A stretch of DNA of 64,000 nt from Eledone cirrhosa. Its lineage: Eukaryota. Position numbers and translations under genes: made by a program. Shown piece by piece: positions 62,004 through 64,000 of the stretch (positions within the stretch are counted from its first letter, which is position 1; each line of letters opens with the position of its first letter). The stretch is taken from positions 177,692,001 through 177,756,000 of the forward strand of contig OZ024742.1 of assembly GCA_964016885.1 (NCBI GenBank). The letters are read 5' to 3'. The notes beneath the pieces were generated by a model. It ran no database searches. It was not told the DNA's origin and saw only the letters and a program-made list of their open reading frames with translations.

Positions 62004-62555
62004 TGAAGATTGCCAGAATCTTAAGAGCTGGAAATAATATTTTGCAAGTATTTAGTGCTGGCTCTCTACGTTCTCTCAGTCGCTGTCATCCTACCTGGGA
62101 TACGTTCCTTGTTGTTCTGGAGTTATTTGTTCTTTTCATTGTCTTATACTCAAATTTATGTTACTTTTCATTCTTTTTTATTTCGTACTTTTGATTGAAA
62201 CATTATTCTTTCCATTCTAGTAATCTCAGAGATTAAATATGGCCCATAAAAGATAAATTGGGTAGCAGTCTGTTTCCTTAGCCGACTGAATTATCAAATT
62301 AATTTCTTTTGAAAATGAATATAACATAAGATATTCGTTTGTGTGTTATGAATTATGTGATGTGAGATGGAAATTCATATGAACGAGTCTCGTGAAGTGG
62401 ACCGACTTTTTTCAGCACCTCTTACTTACCATCATGTCAGCCCGTTCCGTCAAACAACAAGAACCATGGGCATGAATTTCCTACAATAGGACTAACTACG
62501 ACATTATTTTCAGTTATTACATACATATTGTGGAAAAATAAAAAAAAAAGACTTT

Positions 62556-62644
62556 TCTTGTAAGACGGATTCGAATCACCGACCTAAGGATAACAGTTAA
62601 TATCGCACTACAGTCTTCCGCTCTACCAACTGAGCTATCGCGAG
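62556..62644 (-). pseudogene. tRNA-Tyr(GTA) pseudogene
   Basis: 5' half nearly intact; the 3' acceptor strand has decayed to TTACAAG and the B-box is altered. Confidence 0.8.
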
Positions 62645-63873
62645 AACACTAGCGTAGTATTCAAAATATTATATCTTATGTGATGTTAGTGGATTGTATC
62701 ACGAAGCGAGAACAATCATTTAAAACATCATGGGAACAGTTTACACGCAGAATACACATACATACATCAACCATCAAGAGAGGGCTGGATTATCAATATC
62801 GGTAACGCGCCGGACAACATGCTCGCTCTCTCTCTCTCTCTCTCTCTCTTTCACTATCCTTCGACTATACTATCAGTTACTCTTCATGAACCTGGAGAAT
62901 CAATTAAGTGAATATTACTTTAAATATTATTTCAACTTACCAGATGGATGGACATCCGTCTTTTTCGAAGATGAGTTTTGTGATCACTGGAACAGACTGT
63001 TCAGGTAAATAAGGTGTGAGGGACTGAGCATAGACACTAGAACCTTTAACGTAATTCTCAGAGAGATCTAGCGTGTTTCAATATCTGTTATGGTTAATTT
63101 TTTTTTATTTATAGGTACAATCAATCTGTCGGGTTCCAAACAATTTATTACTACCCATTTCGCTCCCACGGTTTGGGACGACATCCAATAGTATCAAACA
63201 CGGTACCTAATGATTGCGAAGAAAATTCGTTAGACATTCGGTCTCTTTACATCCACTTAGAATTAAAGATTGTATCAAATTAAAACTTTTAACTAGCCGG
63301 TGAATTGGTGCAGTCTGACGAACATAGATTTCTGGTATTCGTAGATCACGGCGGAATCTGTTCATGTCCCGCCGATCTCACATTAGCCTTTCATGAGATA
63401 AAAGAGTTTTGATAAGCATAGTTTCTTGGCGGCAGATGTTTAAGGATGTTATTATTTTAATCGTCACGCTCAAGATCTTACTTTATCTACTAATCCACCA
63501 TAAGAATATTTTCAGAATTTATTTTTACTAGCGTACATATTTTCAAAAAAATCCAGTTATGTCTCTTATAGAATTGCTAACATTATAAAAAAAAATATTA
63601 TTGAAGATTATGAAAAAAAAACTGTCAATAATTTTCAGTTACTATGTCAATCAATTTTGTAACCGAGCATTCTTCTGAGTTCTAGTTTTGACGATTGTAT
63701 CGGGCAATATTAAAAATAGACATTTTGAAGAGGTGAATGGATCTGCCGTGATGTCGTAAACACAACGTAAAAATAACAAGCTTATCCAAAATATTGTTCC
63801 GCCCACAAGCCTATTGTGGCTTTGACTGGCAGGTGATTATTTCACCATCAACATTATTCTAATATATGTATGC

Positions 63874-63949
<76 letters not shown>

Positions 63950-64000
63950 ATTAAGTCAAATAGGTAAAATTTGGCTTCGTTTATTATAAATTATAGATAT

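Noticed and set aside
63290-64000. Possible further minus-strand Helitron with a TCTATAATTTATAATAAAC-like 5' end at the window edge
   Set aside because: No convincing hairpin+CTAG 3' end, and the flank is cut off by the window boundary.

Overview
Gene-free, repeat-saturated animal DNA. The SINE families and dense (TA)n/(TG)n/(TAA)n/(GATA)n tracts suggest an octopus-like cephalopod, which is inference. No host protein-coding gene is supportable. From left to right: (1) a ~510-525 bp tandem repeat at 930-2743 whose three complete cores each carry a type I hammerhead ribozyme with a palindromic helix III, preceded by a fold-back inverted copy; (2) a Tx1-clade LINE flanked by (TAA)n and two R4/Dong-like RLE retrotransposons ending in (TAA)n, at 7.7-17.2 kb; (3) a SINE/microsatellite zone holding a second hammerhead inside a 35-bp perfect inverted repeat, other (TA)n-associated palindromes and a small non-autonomous Helitron; (4) a decaying array of intron-containing tRNA-Tyr(GTA) genes (9 copies, 1 apparently intact). 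The array is split by a 21.8-kb Helitron whose ends and empty site can be reconstructed exactly (31080-52874). That Helitron contains a head-to-tail stack of five Tx1-like LINE copies separated by (GATA)n. Two Tx1 families have canonical short intron-like sequences in their 5' UTRs, and three have a conserved GTAAGTG donor at the ORF1/ORF2 junction. Two duplicated Ingi/Vingi-like LINE fragments occupy the same site in paralogous tRNA units as the Helitron.
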